DNA from: an uncultured Ignavibacterium sp.
GTDB taxonomy: Bacteria > Bacteroidota > Ignavibacteria > Ch128b
Reading direction: 5' to 3'
Assembly (NCBI GenBank): GCA_964454895.1
Contig: CAYVTW010000011.1
Span: 8,264 to 72,263 of the forward strand
DNA length: 64,000 nucleotides
The notes under the pieces are model-generated. The model was not told the origin of the DNA and searched no databases. It saw nothing but the letters and a program-made list of their open reading frames with translations. Below are positions 45,136 through 57,000 of this stretch, in pieces. The position numbers and the translations under genes were made by a program. Position 1 is the stretch's first letter; the number at the start of each line of letters is the position of its first letter.

Positions 45136-47911
45136 TTTCAAGTACTCTCTGCTTCTCAACCACTTTGAATGCTTCTATAATATCACCGACTTTAATATCG
45201 TTGAAGTTTGCGATCTTAATTCCACATTCCTTGTTTGCTTCAACTTCTCTTACATCGTCCTTAAATCTCTTCAAGCTCTCAATATCTCCTGTGAAAATTG
45301 TTATACCATCTCGAATAACTCTAATTTTATTATTTCTTTGAATTTTTCCATCCTTAACATAACATCCAGCAATAGTTCCAACTTTCGAAATTTTGTAAAC
45401 TTCTCTTACTTCTACGGTTGCCGTTATTTCTTCTGAAATTTCAGGTTCAAGCATTCCTTGGATTGCTTTCTTAATATCATTGATTGTGTCATAAATTATA
45501 TCGTACAATCGAATTTCAATTTTTTCCTTTTCAGCTAATTTTCTTGCTTCGAGGTTTGGTCGCACATGGAAACCTATGATAATGGCTTCAGATGCTAAAG
45601 CTAAATTAACATCTGTTTCTGTTATTGCACCAACACCTTTGTGAATTACCTGAACCTTTACTTCCTCATTTGATAATCTTAACAATGCATCAGAGAGTGC
45701 TTCAACGGAACCATCAACATCACCTTTAACAATAAGTTTCAACTCTTTTACTTCACCTAATTTTGCACCTTTCGAAATATCTTCAAGTGTGACTCGTCTG
45801 ATTGCTCTAAGTTCTTGCTCGCGTTTTATTTGTTGCCTCTTTATTGCAATTTCTTTGGCTACTTTTTCCGATTCAGTACAAACAAACTCATCACCTGCTT
45901 GGGGCATCTCATCAAAACCAAGAATTTGAACGGGAGTAGAAGGTGGTGCTTCATTAACTCGGTTCATTCTTTCATCGAACATTGCCCTTACTCTACCATA
46001 AGCTACACCAGCTACAAATGGATCATTAACTCTCAAAGTTCCCTTAAGTACCAAAACATTGGCAACAATTCCTCTACCTTTTTCAAGTTTTACTTCTAGA
46101 ACAAAACCACGTGCTCTTCTTTTCGAATTTGCTCTTAGATTAAGTAGTTCAGCCTCAATTAGAATTTTTTCGAGGAGTATATCAACTCCCTGACCTGTTT
46201 TAGCTGATAATTCGACTGATTGATAACGTCCACCATATTCTTCTACGAGTACATTCTTTTCAGAAAGCTGTTGTCGAATTCTTTCTGGGTTGGCAGTTGG
46301 TTTATCAATTTTATTGATTGCAACAATAATAGGAACACCGGCAGCTTGAGCGTGATTGATTGCTTCAATTGTTTGAGGCATTACAGAATCATCCGCAGCA
46401 ACGACTAGAACAACAATATCAGTAACCTTAGCTCCACGAGCTCGCATTGCAGTAAATGCTTCGTGACCAGGTGTATCTATAAATGTAATTTGTTTTCCAT
46501 TTGGCAATTCAACTTTATAAGCACCGATGTGCTGTGTAATACCGCCAGCTTCACCAGCAACAACTTGCGTCTTTCTTATAAAGTCGAGTAAGGATGTTTT
46601 TCCATGGTCAACATGACCCATTACAGTAACAATTGGAGGCCTTGGTGTTAAGGATTCTTCCGGATCAATCTCATCTTCAATTATGGTTGTAATTAGCTCA
46701 TCTTGAAACTCTACTGAAAAACCAAAGTCATCAGCGATTAATTGAATGACATCCTTTTCAAGTCTTTGATTAATTGTCGCGACAATTCCGTAACCAAAAA
46801 GTTTTTTGATAACTTCGGAAGATGGTACATTTATCAAATTAGCCAGTTCACCAACAGTAATTAGCTCTGAAACACGGAGAATACTCTTTTCTTTCTCTAA
46901 AATCTCCTCCTGCTTTTTCATCTCCTCGAGTCTTTCTTTCTTCTTTTTCTTCCGAAGCGCAGCTCTTACAGATAAACCTGAATCATCCATTGACTCGAGT
47001 GTTTTTCGAATACTCGTTTCGATTTCTTTCTCATCAATATTTTTAACTTTGCTCTTCTTTACTTTTTTAACAGCAGTTGGTTCTTCTTCAACAACCTGTT
47101 TCTTTTTAAGTACTTCTCTTAGCTGTTTCTTCTTCGGTTTTTTCTTTTTCTTCTTCTTTGCTTTTGCTTCTTCGTCCTCTGAAGCTGTTACACTTTCAGT
47201 AGTGGTTTCGACAACTTCATCAGTTGGTTTACCACCAATATCGATCTTACCGACTACCTTTGGTCCTTTAAATTGATTCTTCAGTTCATCGAGTGATGTT
47301 CGAGCTTTTTCAGTTTTTTGACTAGGTTTTATCTGTTCTTCAGTTTGCTGAACAATTTCAACTGCCTCTTGTTGAAGAACTTTTTGTTCAACTAATTCTT
47401 CACTAATGGTTTCCGTTCCCTTTATAGGCTTAGTTAAATCCTCGGAAGATTTTTCATCTTTTTCCTTTTCTTCTTCAACTTTTTCTTTTACAAAAATTTG
47501 TTCTGGAACTACTTGAGATTCTTTTTGTTCTACCTCAACTTTTTCAACTTCTGGTTTAGATTTTTCTACTTCTTCTAAAATTTCTGTTTCAACTTCAACT
47601 GGTTTTTCGACTTTTTTATCGGTTCGTATTGAGAAAGTATCTGTTTTCTTCTCTTTTGCTTTTGTAGTCTTTTCTTCTTTTGCTCCACGAAATTCCTTAA
47701 GCTTTTTCTCTTTAGTCTGGGCCGATTGCCACTCTTTTTTGAATCTTTCTAAAACTTTTTGATAAGTTTCTTCGTCAATTTTAGAAGCGTGTGATTTTAT
47801 TTCAAGACCGAGCTCTTTCTTTAAATATTCTATTACCTTTTCAGCAGCAACATTAACTTCTTTAGCGACCTTGAAAATCTGAAATGTTTTTTTGGTTTCT
47901 TTATCCGACAT
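45119..47911 (-). CDS. infB: Translation initiation factor IF-2 with long K/E-rich N-terminal extension
   Basis: G-domain VTVMGHVDHGKTSLLD, DTPGHEAF, NKIDK; C-terminal beta-barrels; 930 aa. Confidence 0.9.
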   Translation of the reverse strand: MSDKETKKTFQIFKVAKEVNVAAEKVIEYLKKELGLEIKSHASKIDEETYQKVLERFKKEWQSAQTKEKKLKEFRGAKEEKTTKAKEKKTDTFSIRTDKKVEKPVEVETEILEEVEKSKPEVEKVEVEQKESQVVPEQIFVKEKVEEEKEKDEKSSEDLTKPIKGTETISEELVEQKVLQQEAVEIVQQTEEQIKPSQKTEKARTSLDELKNQFKGPKVVGKIDIGGKPTDEVVETTTESVTASEDEEAKAKKKKKKKPKKKQLREVLKKKQVVEEEPTAVKKVKKSKVKNIDEKEIETSIRKTLESMDDSGLSVRAALRKKKKKERLEEMKKQEEILEKEKSILRVSELITVGELANLINVPSSEVIKKLFGYGIVATINQRLEKDVIQLIADDFGFSVEFQDELITTIIEDEIDPEESLTPRPPIVTVMGHVDHGKTSLLDFIRKTQVVAGEAGGITQHIGAYKVELPNGKQITFIDTPGHEAFTAMRARGAKVTDIVVLVVAADDSVMPQTIEAINHAQAAGVPIIVAINKIDKPTANPERIRQQLSEKNVLVEEYGGRYQSVELSAKTGQGVDILLEKILIEAELLNLRANSKRRARGFVLEVKLEKGRGIVANVLVLKGTLRVNDPFVAGVAYGRVRAMFDERMNRVNEAPPSTPVQILGFDEMPQAGDEFVCTESEKVAKEIAIKRQQIKREQELRAIRRVTLEDISKGAKLGEVKELKLIVKGDVDGSVEALSDALLRLSNEEVKVQVIHKGVGAITETDVNLALASEAIIIGFHVRPNLEARKLAEKEKIEIRLYDIIYDTINDIKKAIQGMLEPEISEEITATVEVREVYKISKVGTIAGCYVKDGKIQRNNKIRVIRDGITIFTGDIESLKRFKDDVREVEANKECGIKIANFNDIKVGDIIEAFKVVEKQRVLENVGKN

Positions 47912-47928
47912 ATAATTCCTGACTACTT

Positions 47929-49179
47929 TTATTCTTCAAATCCTTCTTTCAAGATAGTGAAAATTTCAGCAACTTTTTCTTCATCGAATCCTTCTATCTC
48001 TTTGATTTTTTCCTTACCTGCCTTCAAAACATCAATAGCAGTGTCATACCCAGCTTCAATTAATTTTCGATAGACTTCCTCGCCAAGTTCTTGTTTGAAG
48101 TCAATCAATTCAATATCGATTTCATATTCTTCAATTGGTTTTTCTTCGCGGATTACATCGATATCAAAACCAATTAACTTACCGATTAAACGAATATTCT
48201 GTCCACCTCGACCAACAATAAGAGAAACCTGATCAGCATCAGCCCAAAGGATAGCTTTTTTATTTGCTTCATCAATCTCAACTTTCTTAATCTTTGCAGG
48301 ATAAAATGCTCTCTTCAAGAATTGTTCTTTATCATCATACCAAGGAATGACATCAATATTTTCATTATTTAATTCTTTCACAATTGAATGAATACGAACA
48401 CCCTTCATTCCAACACAGGCTCCAACAGGGTCGATTCTTTCATCGTTTGAAATCACAGCCACTTTTGCTCTCTCACCTGGCTCACGAGCAATAGCTTTTA
48501 TTTCAACAACACCATCATAAATTTCAGGAATCTCCATCTCAAAAAGACGAGCGAGAAACATATTGTCTGCACGAGAAATAATTATCTTCGGACCCTTCTT
48601 CTCTTTAATAACATCTTTAATAACAGCCCGGATTACCTCACCTTTTCTGTATCTTTCTTTAGGTATCTGTTCTTCTCGTGGAAGAATTAGTTCATTCTTA
48701 TTATGATTAACCAATATTTCATCTTTTCTAATTTGATAAATATCACCTACAACGATTTCTCCTACTTTCTGAGAATATTCTTTGTAAATAATTTCTTTTT
48801 CTATTTCTCTTAATCTTTGATTGAATAATTGCTTTGCTTGGTTGATCAACCTTCGATCGAAGAACTCACCAAATTCTCTAACATCAATTTCTTCGGGATA
48901 GATATCTCCAATTTCGAATTCTTCGTCTGTCTTTTTTCGAACTTCTTCAAGTGAGATTTGAGTTCTAGGATCTTTGACTTTTTCTACAATTTCTTTTTCT
49001 AGGAAGATTTGAATTTCTCCTCTCTCAAGGTTAACAATTATCTCAAATTGTGCTTTCTCACCGAATTTTTTCCTCATCAAGGCTGCAAAGACTTCCTCGA
49101 AAATTCCAACGAGTATGTCTTTATCGACACCTTTTCCTTTTACCAGTTGACTAAATGCTTCAACAATTTCTTGACTCAT
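47929..49179 (-). CDS. nusA: Transcription termination/antitermination factor NusA
   Basis: N-terminal NusA domain (MSQEIVEAFSQLVKGKGVDKDILVGIFEEV), S1 and two KH domains; start placed at MSQEIV (49177-49179), 11 nt after rimP stop. Confidence 0.85.
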   Translation of the reverse strand: MSQEIVEAFSQLVKGKGVDKDILVGIFEEVFAALMRKKFGEKAQFEIIVNLERGEIQIFLEKEIVEKVKDPRTQISLEEVRKKTDEEFEIGDIYPEEIDVREFGEFFDRRLINQAKQLFNQRLREIEKEIIYKEYSQKVGEIVVGDIYQIRKDEILVNHNKNELILPREEQIPKERYRKGEVIRAVIKDVIKEKKGPKIIISRADNMFLARLFEMEIPEIYDGVVEIKAIAREPGERAKVAVISNDERIDPVGACVGMKGVRIHSIVKELNNENIDVIPWYDDKEQFLKRAFYPAKIKKVEIDEANKKAILWADADQVSLIVGRGGQNIRLIGKLIGFDIDVIREEKPIEEYEIDIELIDFKQELGEEVYRKLIEAGYDTAIDVLKAGKEKIKEIEGFDEEKVAEIFTILKEGFEE

Positions 49180-49190
49180 ATTATTTCCTC

Positions 49191-49646
49191 TCACTTAAAT
49201 TTAATTAGCGTTTTTGCTTTAATGATATCCGAAAATTGTATTTCGAAAAGTTTCCCGTTTTCATCAAAAATTAACTTTTCGTCAACTACATCTCTTAAGA
49301 TTAACTCTTTAGTCAAAATTTTATCATTAATTCTGAAAGTGACCGAGAAATACTTTTCTTTGTGTTTTGGATACTGTCTTAAAAATTTCAATGGTCTATC
49401 AACCCCAGGCGATGATACTTCGATTTGATCACTCGGATTAATAAAATTCTCTTCAACAAGAATTCGTTCGAGTTCTCGGCTAATCAAGGAACAATCATCA
49501 ACTGTTACATAAGTATCTTTATCAATAAAGAAAGTATATCTCACTATATTCTTGATTTTGGAATATGTAACATCAATTAAATAAGCATCCAAACGCTCAA
49601 GAACAGGCTCAATCCGATTTTTTATTCTGTCTAATAATTCATTCAT
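49191..49646 (-). CDS. rimP: Ribosome maturation factor RimP
   Basis: MNELLDRIKNRIEPVLERLDAYLIDVTY...IEVSSPGVDRPL matches the RimP (DUF150) family; the 23-codon N-terminal extension in the track ORF (to 49715) reads through a hairpin plus A8/U8 tract and is probably 5' leader. Confidence 0.7.
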   Translation of the reverse strand: MNELLDRIKNRIEPVLERLDAYLIDVTYSKIKNIVRYTFFIDKDTYVTVDDCSLISRELERILVEENFINPSDQIEVSSPGVDRPLKFLRQYPKHKEKYFSVTFRINDKILTKELILRDVVDEKLIFDENGKLFEIQFSDIIKAKTLIKFK

Positions 49647-49650
49647 AGAT

Positions 49651-49673
49651 AAAAAAAATTGCCCTTTAAGGGC
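49651..49673 (-). promoter_or_regulatory. Short GC hairpin (GCCC-uuaaa-GGGC) followed by U8 tract 4 nt upstream of the rimP start codon; attenuator/terminator-like leader element
   Basis: Read directly on the minus strand: gcccttaaagggcaattttttttatctATG. Confidence 0.35.
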
Positions 49674-50091
49674 AAACTTTGATACAATAATACGGAAATT
49701 CTGGAGGTTATTCAAGCTGGGAATCAGTGAATTATACTCGATCGATTCTCGAATTCAAAAAGAGATAAAACATTCTAAATCTAGTTATTTCAAATCATGA
49801 CAGGGCTAAAAGTCTCAAGTGCTTTCTTCAATTTTTTTAATTACTTGTTACTCTATTAACTTTTTAAATGAAAAACATTCTTTATGAATTTAATTTTCTA
49901 ACTGTCTCTTCATTAATACTTAATTGCTATAATGAAAGATACTTACTATCACAAAAATCATTAAATCAATTTATTGGTCTATTTAAATTTTCTGTTTCAG
50001 ATTTTTGCTTGACTCAAACTAATTTTTTTAGTTGGTAAACCTTCAAACTGTAAGATAAATCAAATTATTTGATGATTATTTCAGTAGGCAA

Positions 50092-50760
50092 TTATGATTT
50101 TATAACAATGTATGATTTTGTTAGACCAAAAAATTTTTCACGAAAGATTTTAGCATCGGGAAATAAAGATTTCAGTTCAGAATATTTCATCAATCTAATT
50201 TCGTCAACTAACTGAGTTGCTTCTTCCTTGTCCTTTTCTTTATTAAACCAGCCTAAAGAAAAATTTCTAATAAGCCAGATGCGCAACTTCCTTGGCAACC
50301 AATGAAAGAATGGAAATAAAAAGTGTGGTTCCAAAGGGAAAAAGAAACTTGGCGTTTGTATAAAATAACGTGGAGCAACTCTTTTAATTTCATCTGCAAC
50401 TTTTTTTTGATCCGTATAGCTCCCGACATGCTCAATCACCGAATTTGAAATAACGATATCAAAATATTTATCAGGGAATTGCTTCATACTGCGAGCATCA
50501 CAAGCTACGCTATTAATGTTAGGATTTTTAGTTTTTGAAGATGTTAAATTAAGTAGAGTAATATGATGTTGTGAAGTTGAGTAATTCATCATTTCCCAAA
50601 AGGATTCAGTTCCACCTACATCAAGAATTCGTAGAGGCCGATTAAGAGATTTTTCTGTTTTTTCAATCAGCTCAAGAAATTTTCTGAATCTTCTTCGGCG
50701 AAATTTAATCGCTAAAGAAGTTGTTTTGGTATTATCCGCAAATCGTCTTAGAAAGCGCAT
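50092..50760 (-). CDS. Class I SAM-dependent methyltransferase (Methyltransf_11/12-like)
   Basis: SAM motif I ILDVGGTESFW and post-I / motif III region FDIVISNSVIEHVG. Confidence 0.7.
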   Translation of the reverse strand: MRFLRRFADNTKTTSLAIKFRRRRFRKFLELIEKTEKSLNRPLRILDVGGTESFWEMMNYSTSQHHITLLNLTSSKTKNPNINSVACDARSMKQFPDKYFDIVISNSVIEHVGSYTDQKKVADEIKRVAPRYFIQTPSFFFPLEPHFLFPFFHWLPRKLRIWLIRNFSLGWFNKEKDKEEATQLVDEIRLMKYSELKSLFPDAKIFREKFFGLTKSYIVIKS

Positions 50761-51088
50761 TATTAATTTATTTTTAATAATAGAACCGACTGAAGTCTTT
50801 ATATCTCATCTGAACGATATTAGAAATTAGAAAGATTAAAATCAATTAATTAGTAAAGGAATTTATCTTGTATAGAGAAAAATTAGCTAAAATAAATTTT
50901 TAAATCTGATTATAACTAATTTGGTTTCACAATCATCCAAATTATAATTATTCTTTTATAGACAGAATTTACCATTATGATTTATCTTAATAGGGAAAGA
51001 TCAAATTAGGCTTTTTATGTCTATAGTATAAAGTTTTTAACTTGATGTGAAGTAATTAAAATATTTAGTCGAATTTTTAGGTTGAAAA

Positions 51089-54000
51089 TTAGATCGTTAG
51101 ATTAATATTCAATCCTGCTTCGTTAGTTGTAGTTGGTGGAATCTTTGAAGCCCCTTCTGGCTCAACTTTTACTCTTCGATAGTAAATTGCAATAGTTAAC
51201 CTTGAACTGATAACATATCTAATTCTAGGCTCAAGTGTTGTTCTAATTGTTCCATCTTGTGGAGTACCACCTTCCTTGAAGTTTAGCATATCATAAACAA
51301 CAGTAGAATTTCTCATTTGAGTATATGAAATTGAAATATTTAAATCATTCTTCAAAGAAATTCCAAGGAAGGGTACATCAAAACCACTCTTGGTATAATT
51401 AATTGAAAATGAAATATCTCTCGAGAAAGTTTCGCTGATATTTCTCGATTGCACTCCCATATCGTAACTCACAACTGAACCAATCTTGAATTGACCACCT
51501 AAATTGCCACCACCCCAAGGTTTGAAAGTGATATTCATTCCAATTAAAGGTTGGAAACCATAAGAAATTTTTTGTGATTGTGTTTCCTCAATTCCATCTG
51601 GATTTAAACGCCAAGCTCTCGCAAAAGATGAATTATAAGAGTGTTGAAGTGAAACTCGTGTTGCGAATGAATTGAATATCGAAAATTTCTCTAATCCATC
51701 CCAAGTGATATTCCAGTTTGGTCTAGGAATATATTTACTGAATTTTTTAAGCAATGGCAGTTTTCCAAAAATTGGAAGTGTTTCAAAACCTTCAACAAAG
51801 GCATCAGCGAGATTTTCTTTTGGATTTGGTGCATTTGGATTGTAAAGTTCATTCACTCGCTTAATATCATTTTTGAAGAAACTAAAGATTAAAAACGGTG
51901 GAAGAGTTATAAACGAACGGTCAATCGTTCCTGATGAAGCAATGTTAGTAACCTTAATATTTCCAAGTGAGTCGGTTTGAATTGTAGTTGTTCTATTAAA
52001 GCTCCAATTCAACTTCCATGATAAATCCATTCTTGCTCCTTCCCACAACATTCTTGATGTTCTTAAATCTATTGAATTAGATTGAGTTATTTGATCACTC
52101 AAATTACCATTTCTTGCTCTTCGACCGGGATTAGTACTCAAACCAAGTTGATATAATCTTGGCGGTCCATTTTCATCTTTATTTTTAGTAAAGAAATTCC
52201 AAAAGTTAGTAATACCACTATTCATTCCGGCAAGACCATTATTCATAGAAGAGTTTCTTTGTGAGAAATTTATGGTAAAGTTCTCGTAATCCAATAAAAG
52301 CCATCTAAAGCCTTTTTTAATTGCAGTGAAAAGGAGTAAGATCGAGGATGGTTTCTTTACCTCCGCAGTATCAGAAGTAGTTTGAGTTTGTTGATTTTGT
52401 AACATTCCTGGATATTCAGTTGGTTTTGCATCGTCGGGAATATCTCTTATTTGCCTTCGATTTCTCGGATCAACTTGAGGCGCACGCTGTTTTTCTTGCA
52501 CAGGTTGATCTTCGAAAAGAGGCGCCCAAATTTGTTTCCATCGAATTGTTAAACCTGTGGTGATGTTATTTGCAAAACTTGCAGAACGACCGAGCTCAAC
52601 TTGTTGGAAATTATTTTGCCATCTATAATCAACCGAATAACCGAGCTGCAATGAAATGTAATTGTTAAGATTAAATAACGAAGGAAATCTTGGTTGTGTC
52701 CTTATTTCAAATCTTTGTCCAAAAGAAAAATCTCTACCAAAAAGATTTGATTTAAATATGTCTCTGAAAATATCTCTATCAGGTCTCTGAATTTCAAACA
52801 CACTATCTCGGCCTGTAGAAGTTTTAACAGAGTCTAGATAAGTTTCGAGATGAGCATAACTACTTCCGAAATCAATTGCGTAAGAAATGGCAGGATTTAA
52901 AAAACCACCATCTGTTAATTTCCATCCAAACTGTAATCCACGATTAGCTCTAAAATCTCTCTGAATATTAGGTTTACTTGGATCTGTTCGATAAACACTC
53001 GTTGCTCTATTTCGGCTGACATTGAAGTTCATTCCAATATTTGAGGGACTATAATAAAATCGCCAATTGGAAATATCTTTAATCAACTCAAAGAAATCTC
53101 CAATTACTGGAATATCTTTTCCTTGGATATAATTATTAGGAGAAAACATATACGAATATTGTGCAACAAAATTCCATTGCCAGTCTTTTTGTGATTCTAG
53201 TTGCGGTGACCTTGCAAATCTTCTACTGAAATTAAATCCAAAACCAAGGTTATTCCAGATATCTTTTATCAAGAAAAAATTAGAAGGGATGAAAAGTTTA
53301 ATTGAAGAAAGAGACCAACTTTCGTTCTGTGAATATGATTGAGATGCCGTTTTTAATCCATCAGCAGCTCTACGTGCAGATTGTTCGTCGAAGCCCTTTT
53401 CGATTAATCTTTGATAATTTTGCTCAACTGCTTCATCAACGACAATATCTGTATTTGGTAGGAAGAGAGGTTTATCGATCTGCTCTGTTCTTGAATAATT
53501 TAATGTTAAAGCACTCCCTTTCATTTCTGATGGAAATAATTTTGTGAAATCGATACTACCTGAAAAGCCCCAATTTGATCTTAGAACTCTACTTCCAAAT
53601 CTTTCTTCGAGTCTGTGGAAAAATGGATTGGTCCTAGAGTAATTGAAATTCACTCTTATAAAATCACCGAAATTCAGAGCAAAACTTGTAGTGTATGCCC
53701 AGCCTTCACGATCATCAGCACCAATTAACCTCAATTCATTGATCCACAATTCACCATTTAATAATTCAAGAGTATCTAAGGGATTTTGAGCTCTTTCGTG
53801 AGTTACACCAATTAAAAACATTCCAATTTGAGTTAAACTCGGATTTCCTCTAATTGAATAGAATGAGCCGTCTGGTCCACCATCAACTGGAACTTTCACA
53901 ATTTGTGTAATTGAATCTCTTTTTTGTTTGATTGCAGTAATTTCAGAGAATTTTATTCCAATATTTTGCCAGCCTTCTCGAATTGGTTCACGATATTCAT

Positions 54001-57000
54001 AATAGTTGTTCGAGTCAATTCCAAAACGAACTAAGATGTCTCCGTTTCTCAAAGTTTTATCACCATGATAATAAAGTTTCATTTCACGATAATTGAATAC
54101 ATCCATAGGACGATAGAGTACCTTAACAGCAAAAACAGACTCTTTATATTTCAGATTATGAATACCCATTGCGAGAGATTGTTCGTTCTTATAAATTCTT
54201 TCTGTTCCAGTTGTTTGCTGAGTTCGATCTAATTCTCGTCCAACATCAGGTGGGCTGTAATAGTAAGGAGAGTTATCTTCAATGTTCACAACAGAAAGAC
54301 TAATTCTTGGATCATCTTTAATTGCTTTTCTCCATTGATTACCGACAAGATTAAATTCAGCTATTCTAATATGCATGGAGTCAGATATTCCATTGAACCA
54401 CAATCGTATCATATCAATGTTCGTAAAACTTGGTTCTCCAATTTTCTTTTTGAATTCATTCAATGGAATTCTGAATTGATACCATCGTGTCTCAACACCA
54501 CCACCAACAATGTATGGATTTGTAGCAGTATTTGTATCAAGTGGAATCTCGTATTGGAAGTAAGAATTAATTACATCCAAAACACCATTTCTATTCAAAT
54601 CTTCAGTATCAGGAAATCTACCTGCTTCAGTTAACGAAGCATTTCCTTCTGTACCATTTATACCAGTATAATTTTGTGTTCCAAGATTGAAAAAGAAGTT
54701 ATCACCACTTGGATCAGCACCTAATTGGGGATAAAGTTGTCTTTCGACATCATCTGGAATTCCGTCAAGTCCGACATCTTCTCCTTGATCTATCAACTCA
54801 TTAAAGTTCTTATCTTCAGTATCAAGCTTTTTGTTTGGAATTACATCTTCAGAGATTTTTCCAACATCAATATAAAGCTTAGCATTTTGCGGAACCTTTT
54901 GAGGTAGTACCCAAAATTCAATAAACTCTATGTTTTGATCTAAGAAATTACTTGCCGTCGAAGAAAGTAATTTCATTAATCCACCCCAATTCAAATCGGG
55001 AAAAGCTAAATCGGGATAGTAGTTATATTCTCCTCTCAAAAAAGGAGAGTAAACAACATCCAAAACAGTTACTTGTTCATTTCCTCTTGCAACGGTTTTC
55101 TTAGGCCAAATTTGTTGCACCAGAACATCACTCGGTAACCTATTAAACCAAAATGTTTTAGCTTTTCTTTTCATTATTACAGTATCTATATCTGAGAATG
55201 GATAACCTTTTGGAGGAGATGCAGGTTTCCAACTTGTGTAATTGACACCAATTGACATTATCTGTTTTGCGCCTTCAAAGTCATCAATGTATGCAACACT
55301 TTGCCCTCTATCACTTGCAATTGTGCTTTTCTTTGTATTAGGATCAGGATTGATATATGCAGCTTCGCCTCGAGCTGAGAAGACCGACATTTCTCTAGTA
55401 GATATAAAATTATTCAAAAAGTTCGTGATGAATGGAAGATCAAATGAAGTTTGAGCATCAATTCCATAAATGGAGTTTAAAATTGGTTCCTCGCCAACTC
55501 TAACTTTATCTGAAAGAGTTTGTTGATTCAAAGTCAACATCGAAAAACCAAGTTTCGTTCTTTGACTCAAATCCATTTCACCACGAATGCCAAATAACGA
55601 TTTAGCGGCTAGTTGGAATAAAGTATTCTCTTCATAAGATATTCTTAAATCGGCATTTGGAAGGAGTGCTTGTTCATTTCGAATTATTAGTTGACCTGTA
55701 TTATAATCAACTATGTAATCAACATTTGGAACGAGTTCTCTTCCGGCTAATCGAACTCTTACACTACCTTCAACTATATTAAATCCGAGATTAAAGGTTG
55801 ACGCAGTAGTTCCTGATGACTGGCCCATAATAACGAATTTATCTCTTGCACTATTTAGCCTTGCTATGCTTTGAAGAGTATCATAAACATCTTGGTATGA
55901 TAAAGAATCAGGGATACCAAAAGGTAAATTTTTTCCAAATGGTTGAAGAACCGGGAAAATAACTTCCCCTGTTTCTGTGTTTATAGTAATTCCCGGTCTA
56001 AAATCGAATTCACCATCAGGATTTGGATTGTCTGCTTTATCTACTTTATCGAGGCCGAAAGCATTCAAAAATCTGATACCGTTCCAATTGTTAGTCGGTT
56101 CTTGGCCAGGTATTTCGTAGAAAATATCAAGTCTGAAATTTTCTTTTTTGACATTCCTCACTCCAAGTGGATAAATATTTCTCAGTTGTAATTTCCATGC
56201 AGTTTTATATTGTGGTTGTAGATTTGCTGGTTTGATTAATTTTAAAATTAATGTAACAGTATCTGGTACATCTGCAACAAATTCACCATAAAAGAAATCA
56301 TTTTCATTTCCAGGATCTGCTTCCATTCTGTAAGAAACCGCAATTGCATCTGTTTCGTTAATTTGTGTCTTAAATGTTATGTAACCAGTTTCATAATGAA
56401 CAATGTATTCAGATGGATCGAGCTTTATAAATCTTCCCACTTCAATTTGACCAGGAACTGCATCAATATTGTCTCTAAGACTTTCCGGATAATTCTGATT
56501 TCTTTGTCTTGGATCTAAGTGAATGTATGCATTAGCTCTTCTTTCTTTCGGATTCGGGAGACCAGTGATCGTTTTCCATACTTCAATATCTTTGATACGA
56601 TAGTAATCGACTGGAATTGGAGTAGGATTTCCATAATATTTATTAAAGATGTTTAATTGAGGAGATGTATCAGCATAAATAGTATCAACGAAATAGTGAT
56701 TTGTAGAATACTCATATACCCGTTTTTTAAATTGTTGCGCTTCTGCACCACCAGAAAGAACTTTTTCTTTGACTTCACCTTTTTTCTGTGATGCAATCGC
56801 GGTTAGCCATAATGGACCAAGTTGAAATCTTGCTTTTACACCAAAAAGTGCTTCCCCTCCACCAACTAAAGGGGAAGTTTGTAAAGAAACATTACCAGCT
56901 TCAACACTTTGAACAATTTCGTCGGCATAACCAGTATATTTAATCTTGAGTTGATTCTCATACTCAAATGTATTTTGAGTATTCCAATCTGCCATTATTG

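Noticed and set aside
46806-47276. 156-aa + ORF rich in S/F/T repeats
   Set aside because: Antisense of the K/E-rich low-complexity N-terminal region of infB; repetitive composition is a mirror of that region, not an independent gene.
45119-47911. K/E-rich repeats in IF-2 N-terminus as possible novel repeat protein
   Set aside because: Low-complexity charged N-terminal extensions are a normal, variable feature of bacterial IF-2.
49716-50091. Looked for a tRNA (metY-like) or other structured RNA upstream of rimP as in E. coli
   Set aside because: No GC-rich cloverleaf-compatible stems or conserved tRNA boxes (TTCGA/GTTC..A) visible; region is uniformly AT-rich.
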